64,000 nucleotides of DNA from assembly GCA_002269645.1 (NCBI GenBank), contig NIVC01003591.1, forward strand, positions 60,820 through 124,819. The letters are read 5' to 3'. Below the pieces are notes generated by a model that made no database searches, was not told the origin of the DNA, and saw nothing but the letters and a program-made list of their open reading frames with translations. A program made the position numbers and the translations under genes. How positions within the stretch are numbered: position 1 is the first letter of the stretch; each line of letters opens with the position of its first letter. This document shows positions 12,695-24,724 of the stretch, in pieces. The stretch comes from Macrostomum lignano (lineage: Eukaryota).

Positions 12695-13555
12695 AGTTTG
12701 TGGGTCAGCTGACCCATCGAGCATCCAATTCAGTTTGTGGGTCAGCTGACCCATCGAGCATCCAATTCAGTTTGTGGGTCAGCTGACCCATCAAGTATCC
12801 AATTCAGTTTGTGGGTCAGCTGACCCATCGAGCATCCAATTCAGTTTGTGGGTCAGCTGACCCATCGAGCATCCAATTCAGTTTGTGGGTCAGCTGACCC
12901 ATCGATAGCCAATTCAGTTTGTGGGTCAGCTGACCCATCGAGCATCCAATTCAGTTTGTGGGTCAGCTGACCCATCAAGTATCCAATTCAGTTTGTGGGT
13001 CAGCTGACCCATCGAGCATCCAATTCAGTTTGTGGGTCAGCTGACCCATCGAGCATCCAATTCAGTTTGTGGGTCAGCTGACCCATCAAGTATCCAATTC
13101 AGTTTGTGGGTCAGCTGACCCATCGAGCATCCAATTCAGTTTGTGGGTCAGCTGACCCATCGAGCATCCAATTCAGTTTGTGGGTCAGCTGACCCATCGA
13201 GTATCCAATTCAGTTTGTGGGTCAGCTGACCCATCGAGTATCCAATTCAGTTTGTGGGTCAGCTGACCCATCGAGCATCCAATTCAGTTTGTGGGTCAGC
13301 TGACCCATCGAGCATCCAATTCAGTTTGTGGGTCAGCTGACCCATCGAGCATCCAATTCAGTTTGTGGGTCAGCTGACCCATCGATATCCAATTCAGTTT
13401 GTGGGTCAGCTGACCCATCGAGCATCCAATTCAGTTTGTGGGTCAGCTGACCCATCAAGTATCCAATTCAGTTTGTGGGTCAGCTGACCCATCGATATCC
13501 AATTCAGTTTGTGGGTCAGCTGACCCATCGAGCATCCTATTCAGTTTGTGGGTCA
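12695..13555. repeat. Minisatellite, 37-nt unit (about 23 copies), each carrying the perfect 16-bp palindrome TGGGTCAGCTGACCCA
   Basis: Unit GCTGACCCATCGAGCATCCAATTCAGTTTGTGGGTCA; lies 1.1-2 kb upstream of the GLUT ATG. Confidence 0.95.
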
Positions 13556-13849
13556 GCTTTAAGCTAACCTTGGTTTAAAAATTGAAGACTAGGTCAACAA
13601 AAATATGAAAAATGATATTGGTAAACATTGTCTACATCAAAATATTTAGGCAGGTATAGGAATAGCTACTAATATGAGAATTATTAGTTTTACGTCCTTT
13701 TACATTTGTACTACAGTGATCCTTGTTACAGCCATGACAAAATATCTTGAACAAAAATAGAGAATCTTCATGGAGTTCCAGCTCTTCCTCCTGAACCTCA
13801 TTTTCAATAACACTCTCCGCACCTCCCTTGAAAATCATGCGGATTGCGA

Positions 13850-14045
13850 GGCATCGTCATCTACATTTTTAGAGGCATAAGGCAGAACAACCGAGAGAGG
13901 CATTACTGTCCATTCCACCTGCTCCCCTGAGCAGGCACACAAGCGCGCGGATACTTACGCATTCAGTGTGCCTTGGGGGTTGGCCCTCAAGGGCATTAGA
14001 CCCGAGCCGGGATTCTAATTTAGCTCCAAATTAAAGTGACTGCAC
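13850..14045 (-). mobile_element. SINE-family copy, 5'-truncated
   Basis: Parallels 14140-14400 (GAGAGGCATTACTG.CCATTCC.CC..CTCCCCTGAGCAGGCA.ACAAGCGCGCGGATAC). Confidence 0.65.
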
Positions 14046-14139
14046 AGTCATAGTCATAGTCATCAAAATAGTCATCGACGTAGATATCGACATAGTCTTC
14101 GACATTTTATTAGAGGCAGGGGGGTTGCGTGCACTCTGG

Positions 14140-14462
14140 CGCACTTTAAGCGACATAGGTACACAACCGGCGAGAGGCATTACTGCCCATTCCGCCGACT
14201 CCCCTGAGCAGGCATACAAGCGCGCGGATACGTACGCAGGCACACACTCACACAGGAGTGTACAGCGGCCCTAACTTTATTTTATCGTTAGGCATGTACA
14301 CTTCACTGCACCTTAGGGGGTTGGCTCTCAAGGCCGTTAATTGCACGAGCAGAGCCAAGCCGAGATTCCAATCCAGCCCCAAATTAATGTGACTGCACTT
14401 GGAATCGAGCCTGGATCGCTGGCACACCAGAGCCTGCGCTAGACCGCTGGGCTACGGCCCCC
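14140..14462 (-). mobile_element. Near full-length tRNA-headed SINE
   Basis: Minus strand begins GGGGCCGTAGCCCAGCGGTCTAGCGC (A-box-like) ... GGCTCGATTCC (B-box-like), then ATTAATTTGGGGCT and the shared body. Confidence 0.7.
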
Positions 14463-14465
14463 TTA

Positions 14466-15280
14466 GTCTTCGACATAGTCTTCGACATAGTCTTCGACAT
14501 AGTCTTCGACATAGTCTTCGACATAGTCTTCGACATAGTCTTCGACATAGTCTTCGACATAGTCTTCGACATAGTCTTCGACATAGTCTTCGACATAGTC
14601 TTCGACATAGTCTTCGACATAGTCTTCGACATAGTCTTCGACATAGTCTTCGACATAGTCTTCGACATAGTCTTCGACATAGTCTTCGACATAGTCTTCG
14701 ACATAGTCTTCGACATAGTCTTCGACATAGTCTTCGACATAGTCTTTGGCATAGTCATTGATATAGTCATCGACATAGTCTTCGACATAGTTTTCGACAT
14801 AGTCTTCGACATAGTCTTCGACATAGTCTTCGACATAGTCTTCGACATAGTCTTCGACATAGTCTTCGACATAGTCTTCGACATAGTCTTCGACATAGTC
14901 TTCGACATAGTCTTCGACATAGTCTTCGACATAGTCATCGACATATTCATCGACATAGTCATCGGCATAGTCATTGATATATTTATCGACATAGTCATCG
15001 ATATAGTCATCGACATAGTCATCGACATAGTCATCGACATAATCATCGACATAGTCATCGATATAGTCATCGAAATAGTCATCGACATAGTCATCGACAT
15101 AGTCATCGACATAATCATCGATATAGTCATCGAAATAGTCATCGACATAGTCATCGATATAGTCATCGACATAGTCATCGACATAGTCATCGACATAGTC
15201 ATCGACATAATCATCGACATAGTCATCGATATAGTCATCGAAATAGTCATCGACATAGTCATCGACATAATCATCGACAT
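14466..15280. repeat. 12-nt satellite (about 68 copies): homogeneous GACATAGTCTTC zone, then a variable GACATAGTCATC zone
   Basis: Direct periodicity; ORFs 14384..15280 and 14399..14761 are its translations. Confidence 0.95.
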
Positions 15281-16199
15281 AGTTCGAACTTTATTCGGGC
15301 ATCTCTTAGCCTCTCAACTTTCGAACAAGATCTCCAATTGCTCAGGGAGATACTCGTGCTCAGGCGTCACACACTACGGCAGCCGCTACCCGCGTGCCAG
15401 TGCAGAGGAACTGCTGCGCTAAGCAAACTGCTGCGCATTGCGGAGTTCCAGAATTTCCCGAGAAATCTGATTGCGTCGCTCACACGAAAAAAAATCAAAG
15501 AAAAAGCGACTGTTTGGTTTAAAAAATGTAATTGCGCAGGCGCAGGCAGAGCTGCTACAATTAAGCTGCCTCTAATTATCTTCTTTTTCTGTGAATTTTC
15601 TGAGATTTTCTCGTTTTGCTTCTGGTTGTGTCCAAGAACGACTTCAATAAAACAAACGGCAGCTGCTGATCCTGACGTCACAGTGTGTAAGCCGAAGGAA
15701 AAACAAGTTTTTCAGTTAAATCACGACGTTGTAAAACTTCAGAAAGCAATAGAAAGAAAGTACTTATAAAGTCTGCGACCTTTCGAAATGTAGAGAAATT
15801 CTCTGAAATTACCGATTGAAGAGCGGCGCCCAAGTAGTCGCCCATGACTCCCAAATTGTGGTGCATTTTAGATTATTTTGTATCTACACGACACCGGGAC
15901 CTTTTGCGATATATTTTGATCGCGGAGAAATGCACCCGGTCGAGGAGGCTTTGAGGCTCAGTCAGAAAAGTTCAGAAAAAAACTTTAATTAACCGGACAC
16001 TGTAGGATAGACAGTTGGAGAATTTTAATTTGACTCTGGGAGATTCCGTTTTGATTAACTTTAACCGACTGTGAACGTCAGAGCGAAAATTCCCTAAAAG
16101 GTCTTTACGCTTTGTATTGGGTATGAAAAAACTGTAAATTAAGAGTACAATATAGAAGCATACTCAGTCAGTATTCAATTCTAGACTCAGTGCGTGTGT

Positions 16200-17575
16200 G
16201 GCAAGAATTAACCTCACTAGACTCAGTGTACCTGAGTGCAAGGTGAGAATTAACCTCACTAGACTCAGTGTACCTGAGTGTAAGGTGAGAATTAACCTCA
16301 CTAGACTCAGTGTACCTGAGTGCAAGGTGAGAATTAACCTCACTAGACTCAGTGTACCTGAGTGCAAGGTGAGAATTAACCTCACTAGACTCAGTGTACC
16401 TGAGTGTAAGGTGAGAATTAACCTCACTAGACTCAGTGTACCTGAGTGCAAGGTGAGAATTAACCTCACTAGACTCAGTGTACCTGAGTGCAAGGTGAGA
16501 ATTAACCTCACTAGACTCAGTGTACCTGAGTGCAAGGTGAGAATTAACCTCACTAGACTCAGTGTACCTGAGTGCAAGGTGAGAATTAACCTCACTAGAC
16601 TCAGTGTACCTGAGTGTAAGGTGAGAATTAACCTCACTAGACTCAGTGTACCTGGGTGTAAGGTGAGAATCAACCTCACTAGACTCAGTGTACCTGAGTG
16701 TAAGGTGAGAATTAACCTCACTAGACTCAGTGTACCTGAGTGTAAGGTGAGAATTAACCTCACTAGACTCAGTGTACCTGAGTGTAAGGTGAGAATTAAC
16801 CTCACTAGACTCAGTGTACCTGAGTGTAAGGTGAGAATTAACCTCACTAGACTCAGTGTACCTGGGTGTAAGGTGAGAATTAACCTCACTAGACTCAGTG
16901 GACCTGGGTGTAAGGTGAGAATTAACCTCACTAGACTTAGTGTACCTGAGTGCAAGGTGAGAATTAACCTCACTAGACTCAGTGTACCTGAGTGTAAGGT
17001 GAGAATTAACCTCACTAGACTCAGTGTACCTGGGTGTAAGGTGAGAATTAACCTCACTAGACTCAGTGGACCTGGGTGTAAGGTGAGAATTAACCTCACT
17101 AGACTTAGTGTACCTGAGTGCAAGGTGAGAATTAACCTCACTAGACTCAGTGTACCTGAGTGTAAGGTGAGAATTAACCTCACTAGACTCAGTTTACCTG
17201 GGTGTAAGGTGAGAATTAACCTCACTAGACTCAGTGTACCTGAGTGTAAGGTGAGAATTAACCTCACTAGACTCAGTGTACCTGGGTGTAAGGTGAGAAT
17301 TAACCTCACTAGACTCAGTGGACCTGGGTGTAAGGTGAGAATTAACCTCACTAGACTCAGTGTACCTGAGTGTAAGGTGAGAATTAACCTCACTAGACTC
17401 AGTGTACCTGAGTGTAAGGTGAGAATTAACCTCACTAGACTCAGTTTACCTGAGTGTAAGGTGAGAATTAACCTCACTAGACTCAGTTTACCTGAGTGTA
17501 AGGTGAGAATTAACCTCACTAGACTCAGTGGACCTGGGTGTAAGGTGAGAATTAACCTCACTAGACTCAATGTAC
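16200..17575. repeat. Minisatellite, 42-nt unit (about 33 copies), with a local 4-unit (168-nt) higher-order repeat
   Basis: GTGAGAATTAACCTCACTAGACTCAGTGTACCTGAGTGTAAG; the same variant order recurs at about 16860-17030 and 17030-17200. Confidence 0.95.
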
Positions 17576-18139
17576 CTAAGAGACACAAGAACAGAAGCCA
17601 AAATGGCAGGTAGGATGTGTCTCGACTCGATTCAACTCAGGTAGAAACGCAGGCCCAAGCCGTGGCAACTCGCTGACGTCAAGCTATGAGTGCATCCTTG
17701 ATGAGAATCGACCGCTTCGATCCCGGAGCATGCTCAGTCGATTAGTGCAAGTGCAAGGCCTATCTGAATATATAGACTAAGACTAAGACTAAGATATATA
17801 GGCTAAGACCGGATCGATCGAGAGCGAGAGGCGCTTCTTGCCGCCACTGCAGCTCCTCAGCCCACACTTTCGAACCGCACTGCCCAGCCCTTCTGGGCAA
17901 GAGAATCTCCGGCGCGGCTCGGCAGTGGATTTGGAGAGCACTTTTAAGGGAGCATTTTATAGAAACTTTGCGACGAAAAACGTCATGTGCTAGAAGACTG
18001 ATTGGGTTTTTATTGCTGCAGTCTAGTTTAGAATGAACAGAACCACTATGGCCTACTATGAGTACTCCAGCTTAGGTATTAGAAATTCTTCCAATGAACA
18101 CAATTTTCATCGGTGGTAGGAGGCATTTTTTGAGGAACA

Positions 18140-18450
18140 CTGTGATTAGTGGCGATAATCCAAGGAATACTGGAAAGGTTAGTGGAGATAATCCTCACGA
18201 ATACTCGTACTATCAAGGTTAGTGGCGATAATCCAAGGAATACTGGAAAGGTTAGTGGAGATAATCCTCACGAATACTACCAAGGTTAGTGGCGATAATC
18301 CCGATGAATACTGCCAAGGATAGTGAAGATAATCCTCACGAATACTACCAAGGTTTGGCGATAATCCCGATGAATACTGCCAAGGATAGTGAAGATAATC
18401 CTCACGAATACTACCAAGGTTTGGCGATAATCCCGATGAATACTGCCAAG
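18140..18450. repeat. Tandem repeat, about 66-nt unit built from two diverged 33-nt halves
   Basis: Repeated TGGCGATAATCCCGATGAATACTGCCAAGG and AGTGAAGATAATCCTCACGAATACTACCAAGG blocks. Confidence 0.8.
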
Positions 18451-18654
18451 GTTGGGCGCTCTTTCGGTAGCTATGGTAGCTCCGGAGAAAGTAGTTACGA
18501 GGGTAAGTAGTCTGTTTGAACGCGGCTGTTCTGCCACTGAATCAACTTTATCGTACTACAAGCTGCACTCAAGGACGTGCTTACTAGTGTCGAAGGATGG
18601 GCGACTTCGCTTATTTGAATGTCTTTAAAGTCCACAAAAATACACAAAAATACA

Positions 18655-18775
18655 AACGCGCATGCAGACCCGAGCCGAAATGAAGCCCCAAATTAATGTG
18701 ACTTCACTTGGAATCGAGTCTAGGCACACTGGCACGTAAGAGCGCCGATTTGGACCACTATGCTACGCCCCGGCT
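18655..18775 (-). mobile_element. SINE head fragment
   Basis: Shares CCCCAAATTAATGTGACT.CACTTGGAATCGAG with 14380-14410. Confidence 0.55.
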
Positions 18776-18961
18776 GTGTTAGAATGTTAAAAAATATTAA
18801 GATACGCACATACTTCGCACATTTAAATTCAATGAATACAAATTATAGACAAGCACTGTTATATGCTTGAAAACGAAAACAGATTAAACTGAAGAGACTA
18901 ACTGTACGCTCGTAACTCCTTGGAATTGACTTACAGTAGAACTCAGTCTAGTGTAGGAAAT

Positions 18962-19708
18962 TTAGAACACGGACAGGCACTCGCAAAGGTATTTCCGGTT
19001 GCTAGAGCATCCGTAATCATCGACGCCGATATTGTGACCAGCGTAGACAGCCGCACAGCCCTGAATCGGCAACCCACTGCTCGGCCTCTCGGGCTCCCAG
19101 ACGTCGGCCCGGATGCTCTCGTTGCAGGCGTCCCAGATCCAGCCTTCCGTTCTGCTTGCAGAGCCCGGAATCTGGTGGCCACCCAGAAACAAACTCTCTA
19201 CAGGGCTGTTCGACACGCTCTTGATCCACATCAGGTGACGGGACTCGTCGGAATCCAGAGCGTCCGCGAACTTCGACAGTCCGGCCTCCTGGCCGCACCG
19301 GGAGAGAGCGTCAGCCCAGTTGGTCGCAGGTGAAGCCGACACCTTGTATGAGGAACTCGTATCCGGGTGGGCACAGGCGACCCGGAGCTACTCCAGGTAG
19401 CGAACTCACGTAAACACGGTCACTCGGTGAGTGCAGTTGGCCACTGACTGCACTCGGTGGCTGCACTTGTCGAACAGGAACAGCTTGCAGAGGCAGTCGC
19501 CATCCGGCAGCGAGAAGGCTCGGCAGTTCGGCATCTTGGCGCAGTACAGGCTGCAGGACAGCGGATCGCACGAGCCCCACACGGTGTGGGTGAAGCTGGA
19601 CGTCACGCAGTCAGCGCCAGAGATCGGGTGGAAAGTCGCTTTCGGAGAGTCGCAAGTTGCACCGCAACTAATTTTGAGACCTAGAAGCAGAAACAGCAGC
19701 GGTCGCAT
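18962..19708 (-). pseudogene. PAN-like + C-type lectin copy 1, frameshifted (2-nt insertion near 19412, stop at 19406, 14-nt deletion near 19353)
   Basis: Alignment to the intact copies by eye. It splits into ORF 19406..19708 (signal peptide + PAN-like domain) and ORF 18962..19342 (lectin domain). Confidence 0.85.
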
Positions 19709-20339
19709 TTTGGTTGTCTACAGAGTGTCAAGTTTGATAACTTAGTGTTCTACGAAATTTAGGAAGTTGATTAGGCTAAAATTGGTTACCTGGCAAGAAA
19801 ATTTGTGCCATCTCAGTATGGGATGGACTTACTTCACTTGCATGTTTCCCCAAAGTTAAAATAGCTGGTACAGAAGCCAGTGAGAGGAAATAGTTGCATT
19901 GGCCAAGCCAACCCTACAAGATGCGGCCGATGCATTGCGGCTTTAGCTTCCTGTGCTCAGCACCGTTCCATTTTCCTTCATCGCCAATGCATTCATTAAG
20001 TCATTGTGCCCAGGCATCGGTGGGGTGAATGTCGCCACAACGCTTCTTTTATCCGGTATGTCTGGTTCTAGATTAAACATCGAGGCTGCTTCCCCGGACA
20101 CTTTATTGTTGTCGTAGAGTGAAACCCCCACTCTGGCAGAGTTGCATCGATCTTCCGAATGGATATACGAGACGGATTTCTCTCATTTTAACCGGATGTA
20201 GGGACATGCATTGTTGAACCACGCCTAAGACTCTTAGCGCGAAAATCTTTCGGGTTCGATTCCGTGCTCGGTCACGTTCATTGGGGCTTGTGTTTCCATT
20301 ACTCTGCTGCGTTCAGTGGATTGCCAATGTACGCGGGGT

Positions 20340-22015
20340 TGGAGTAATGGCGTTTAAACGGTGGGTGGTGGGTGGCTGCCTGCATACGACGTATTTTTGC
20401 AGCCGCGCGGCGTTTGCTCTTTGCACTCAATTTTTTACCCCCTTCGTCTCCAGCTGTGTACCTCCTACACCTATCACAGTGAGCTAGATACGCTCGTCTG
20501 TCTGAACTGCAAGAACCGCTGAATCATTATACAGCAAAAGAACTGCGTGGCCTACTATGCAATTATGGGTGCAAATAACAAGGCAAAAGTGCGAGCTTAT
20601 TCAGCGCCTGCGCCAAGCCATGCAGCAAAGCACGCACAGCCGGAGATCTGAACGGGGACACCCAGGCCAACAACGAAGAGGCGGCCCTCTCTGCAGCGCT
20701 GGGTGCAGCCCGGATCAGTGATGGATTAGACGAGGAGATGCCGTGGGACCCCCGTCCCAGTCGGAAGGCGACCGAAGAAGACGGCTTCAGCACGAGGTGG
20801 AAGAGCTGGAATGTAGGGTCCTCAAGATCCCGATCTCCTTCGTGTAGTGAGTGAAACGAGGCTAGACTGCTTGTTGTAGTCGATAGTTGCCGAAAGCTTG
20901 TAGGCGAGAATAATAGCGATCAGTATATTTATTGAATTATTGTGCTGAGTCAGAATGGTGGCTAAAGTCGCACCATGCACATTTGATATTGTACGCATAA
21001 GGGTTGAGCTGGCAGAGTCACGCAGCGCAGCCGCTAACAACCCCCCAACACACACACGATAGTAGGCGCTGCCTACACTTCGGATCTATCAAAGTATGGC
21101 TTTGCTGTGCATTCGTGATGGTATTTGTATTGAAGCAATTATCACCTGCCGGGTAGTATGCAAATTTTTAGTGACGCTGCGTCTCTTATGCTTGGTTCTC
21201 AAAATTTCTTTCGTTTTTACGGTCATATCTGCCTTTCGCCTGACAATTTTGCCATGCGCGCGCTCTCGGTGTCTTCTCGCGCCGCCCTCCGCTTTCAGGT
21301 CACCTCTGCTCTCGGGACGGGCCGCCACAGAAGGCAGTCCCCGCCGATCTGCTCTGCTGTCTCGCCCTCGCAGACAGCTCCTGGCGATCCTACCGAAGCC
21401 AATTCAAGGCCTGGTGTGCGTTCAGTGATCAGGCGGGCATCGGTCCGACTACCGCTAGCGAGAGAGACCTTGTGCCAGTACGTGGTCCACATGGTGTAAT
21501 CACGGATCAGCGAGCGAGTTCCGGCTCCGGGCTGGTGCTGCAGCTGCAGCGGTCCAAGACCAACCAGTTCGGCCAGCGTGTCCACACGGTGCAGCTGCCC
21601 TGTCTGGCCGGCGCTGCCTGGTGCCCTCTCAGAGCTGTCAGGGCTCCCGGAGGCAGCGTTTGAAGCTTCGTCTGCTGGTTTCAATCCGAGTGCCTTCTCT
21701 GGCCACAGCCTGCGGTGCGGTGTGCCCAGCTTTGCCCTGCAGGCGGGGGCGGCCCTGCCTGGCATCATGGCCCTGGGGAGCTACTTCAGTTGACCGTGCC
21801 TCTGAGGCCCGCAAGTATCGGGCGGTTGATCAGCTGGTGTCGCATTGGTAATTCCCCCTCTCTTCTCTGACTGTCTTGTCCTTTTTGGGGTTGGGAGTTC
21901 GCCTGCTGCTCCCCCCTATGCTTCTTTGCGCTGTTGCCGCCTCTTGCTCGCCAAAACGCCGCTTTGTTTGCCTCTTTGCTTGTCCATCTTCACGGTTAAA
22001 TGCACAAAATTTGAA
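20340..22015 (+). mobile_element. Internally deleted DIRS/Ngaro-type tyrosine-recombinase retrotransposon (gag 5' part and 3' recombinase part)
   Basis: 20510-20820 matches 27040-27325 and 21085-22015 matches 29720-31130. It retains RSKTNQFG and GHSLRCG and lacks the RT. Ends are approximate. Confidence 0.85.
20843..21077. mobile_element. Solo LTR (235 bp) nested in the deleted DIRS copy
   Basis: TGTAG...CTACA termini with a perfect 5-bp target duplication CTTCG on both sides; absent from the homologous site near 29720. Confidence 0.8.
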
Positions 22016-22295
22016 AAATGGGCTTTTCGTGCGATTCACAGCTATGAGGGCCAAGCCCCAAGGCACAGAGAATGTACATGCTTGACGATTAGACAGTCAG
22101 GGCCCATATACACCCTGTGTGAGCGTGTGTCTGAGTGCCGTGCCTGTGTACAGTCGCGCTTGTCTGTGCTCAGGAGCCAGCGGAATGGGCAGAATTGCTG
22201 TCAGCGCTGGTTGTGAGACGATGTCGCCGAAGACGTTGCGCCAGGGTCCCTGCGGCCCTCCTGCGAACATTCACTTTATCAGCCATTTCTGTACT
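22015..22295 (+). mobile_element. SINE body directly after the DIRS 3' region (duplicated at about 31135-31385)
   Basis: Matches the 10030-10250 and 46085-47058 copies. Confidence 0.7.
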
Positions 22296-23349
22296 TTGTT
22301 AGAATATTCAGTTGACTAGCAACTGGTCTCATAATTTTACTTGCAGCTGAATTGATTGATCATCAATCGATTACTAAAAACCAGCTCGAACTACTGCAAG
22401 TAATAAGCGCAGTTATTATCTTAGATTTCTACGCCCCAATCCAAATGCATCGCATCACATTTTTTTTAATTTTCTTTCTGTTTTCTTTTCATCTTTTACA
22501 CTTTTACATGCAATGTTTTCAAAACTGCCTTTCATTATCTTTCTAACTTTTTAAAACTCGGTACTACATGTACTTTACGAAATGACCCGAGAAGGCCCGG
22601 GCCGCCAGAGACGAGCAGAATGCACCGTTGACGGGGAAGGACAGGGAGTAATGCGAAAGACAGAAGCCTAGGAAAGGGGAGGCCGCGTCTGGTTCAACCA
22701 ATGCGCTAAAACCCTCTTCAGCCACCCCCGAGAGCAGAGCCAACCACCCTAGCAACTGGCTGGTTTGATGCTCCTGGGCTACACTTTTTCAGGAGCTGCG
22801 TCCCCACTCTGAACACTGCGAATGAGGGCTGTTGTGAAGGCCTCAAAAGAGAGTCTTTTTCAGAATATTACAGAAGTAAGAGGGAACGCAAAATCTGCTC
22901 CGTTCTGTCGCAGAGTTGAAACCTCCTTTGGCTTTGCAATCGCGGCTCAGATCCACTTGAAGCACTTGATTTTACTGCAGGTGGGAACCGAGGTCATTGA
23001 TTCGGTCAGGACTGAGTTATGGCGTCTGAGAGTGCAAGCCGACTGCAGACCCGGCACGAGAGTTAGTGAGAAAGGGTCAAAAGAGCACGCTAGGCATGTC
23101 TTCTTAGCATGTTAGAAATCCATGTTGAGAGAAAGCCGCTGTGAAGAAACGCAAGGACGCCAAAACAAAGACTATAGCCAGCAGCATACTAGGATAAAAC
23201 CAATACAGAAATTTTTTTATTATTTCCATATTAAAGTAAGCAAGGGGGTCGGCAAACTCCGGCGAGCGGGCCACATGCGGCCCTTTAAAACTGCACAATA
23301 GCAATCCTGCATGCTCAAGTTTTGTCTCTTCTCAGTTCTCCTCTTCTCT

Positions 23350-23700
23350 CCCTTCTTCTCGTTCAGTCTCCTCTCTCCCTGTCTCTCTTCTTGCCTCTCC
23401 CTGTCTCTCCTCTCCTCTCTCCCTGTCTCTCCTCTTGCCTCTCCCTGTCTCTCCTCTTGTCTCTCCCTGTCTCTCCTCTTGTCTCTCCCTGTCTCTCCTC
23501 TCCCCTCTCCCTGTCTCTCCTCTCCCCTCTCCCTGTCTCTCCTCTCCTCTCTCCCTGTCTCTCCTCTTGCCTCTCCCTGTCTCTCCTCTCCTCTCTCCCT
23601 GTCTCTCCTCTCCTCTCTCCCTGTCTCTCCTCTTGCCTCTCCCTGGATCTCCTCTCCTCTTCCCTCTTCTATCCCCTCTATCTTTTCTCTTATCTCCTAT
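23350..23700. repeat. Polypyrimidine/polypurine minisatellite (CTCTCCCTGTCTCTCCT-based units of about 20-22 nt), short allele
   Basis: Direct periodicity; the plus strand is almost entirely C and T. Confidence 0.95.
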
Positions 23701-24724
23701 TTAATCTCTCATATTCTATTTCCTATCCTTTCCACTCTCATCTGACCGGGAGCCATGAGATTGCTTTGAGGTACGAGTAAAATATTTTTTAACCCCCGAA
23801 TCAAGCCCAGTGTCATGTGTTACAGCAGTCTCTGCTTATTTCATTAAACAATCTTTTTTGTCTAAAAACTGAGCAGCCATGCTCATGAAGTTAAACAGTT
23901 GATCTGCATTGAACAGAAAAAAATTCATATGATCGCTGTGAAAAATGAAAACTTTCCATTCCAATAGTGTTTTCGCTTAAAGCCCAACTTGAAATTCAAT
24001 GTATTCTTTTAAGAAGCGAATCTTCCTGTCCTTCTACAAGTATCTGACATCTAACGTGTACTGATGTAGTTTACTGCTATACCAACCCGCACATAGTTGT
24101 GGGTGTCACACTAAATGGATTACCATTTTGAATTATGCACGATGATCTTCAATATCGATTTTTACTTAGTTCCGATAGCAATGCTATTAGTAAAGGAACA
24201 TGGAGCAGCTACATAGATAAAACAAAATTGAAAAACTGCAGTGCGAAGTACACGTGGAAAATTCGCGGAACAGAGGCAGTTCTCGTGCAAAACGATAGCG
24301 AATCAGGATCAGAATACGCAATGGCAGTATAATGTAAAGTCAGCTTTAGTCCTACAAGATTGGGAACAAATTAGGCAGAAAAAAGTTACATGCATTTTTA
24401 TTTTCAAATCTTCAATCAAAGATTTAAAAAATTAGTGTTAAAGATCAAATTCAATCTACGATAATAGATAGAGTAGTATGCAGTGAAGTATTGTAGACTG
24501 AATATTTTAAGATACGCGAATAAAGTGATAGCATGGGAATTATGTCAAGATTTATGGCCAAATTCACAAAGGACAGCCGTGTTTGAATAACAAAGCCGAA
24601 CAGGTGTTAAGATATTGACGCCTTAGAACAAATATCAATAGAACAGCAATGAAGTTTTGCCAACAATATCCTCAATCATTTGATGGTTCTTCGCGACCTT
24701 TCATATCTGTCCAGTCTAGTATAG

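Larger units (their letters stand above)
21790..24700. repeat. Segmental duplication, copy A of a block repeated at about 30900-34800
   Basis: Long near-identical stretches, for example identical ORFs 23104..23304 and 32150..32350 and near-identical 24135..24332 and 34240..34437. A more diverged homologue lies at about 39730-41500. Confidence 0.9.

Noticed and set aside
14385-14462. tRNA genes here and at 45967-46040
   Set aside because: A and B boxes are present, but I could not fold a convincing cloverleaf and each continues into the shared repeat body. They are SINE heads.
12695-17575. CRISPR-like arrays
   Set aside because: Units are contiguous with no unique spacers, there are no cas genes, and the context is eukaryotic. 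They are minisatellites.
14384-17613. Long ORFs 14384..15280, 16164..17588 and 16198..17613 as repetitive proteins
   Set aside because: Unit lengths of 12 and 42 nt keep frames open on both strands. They lack the host codon bias, splice context and unique domains.
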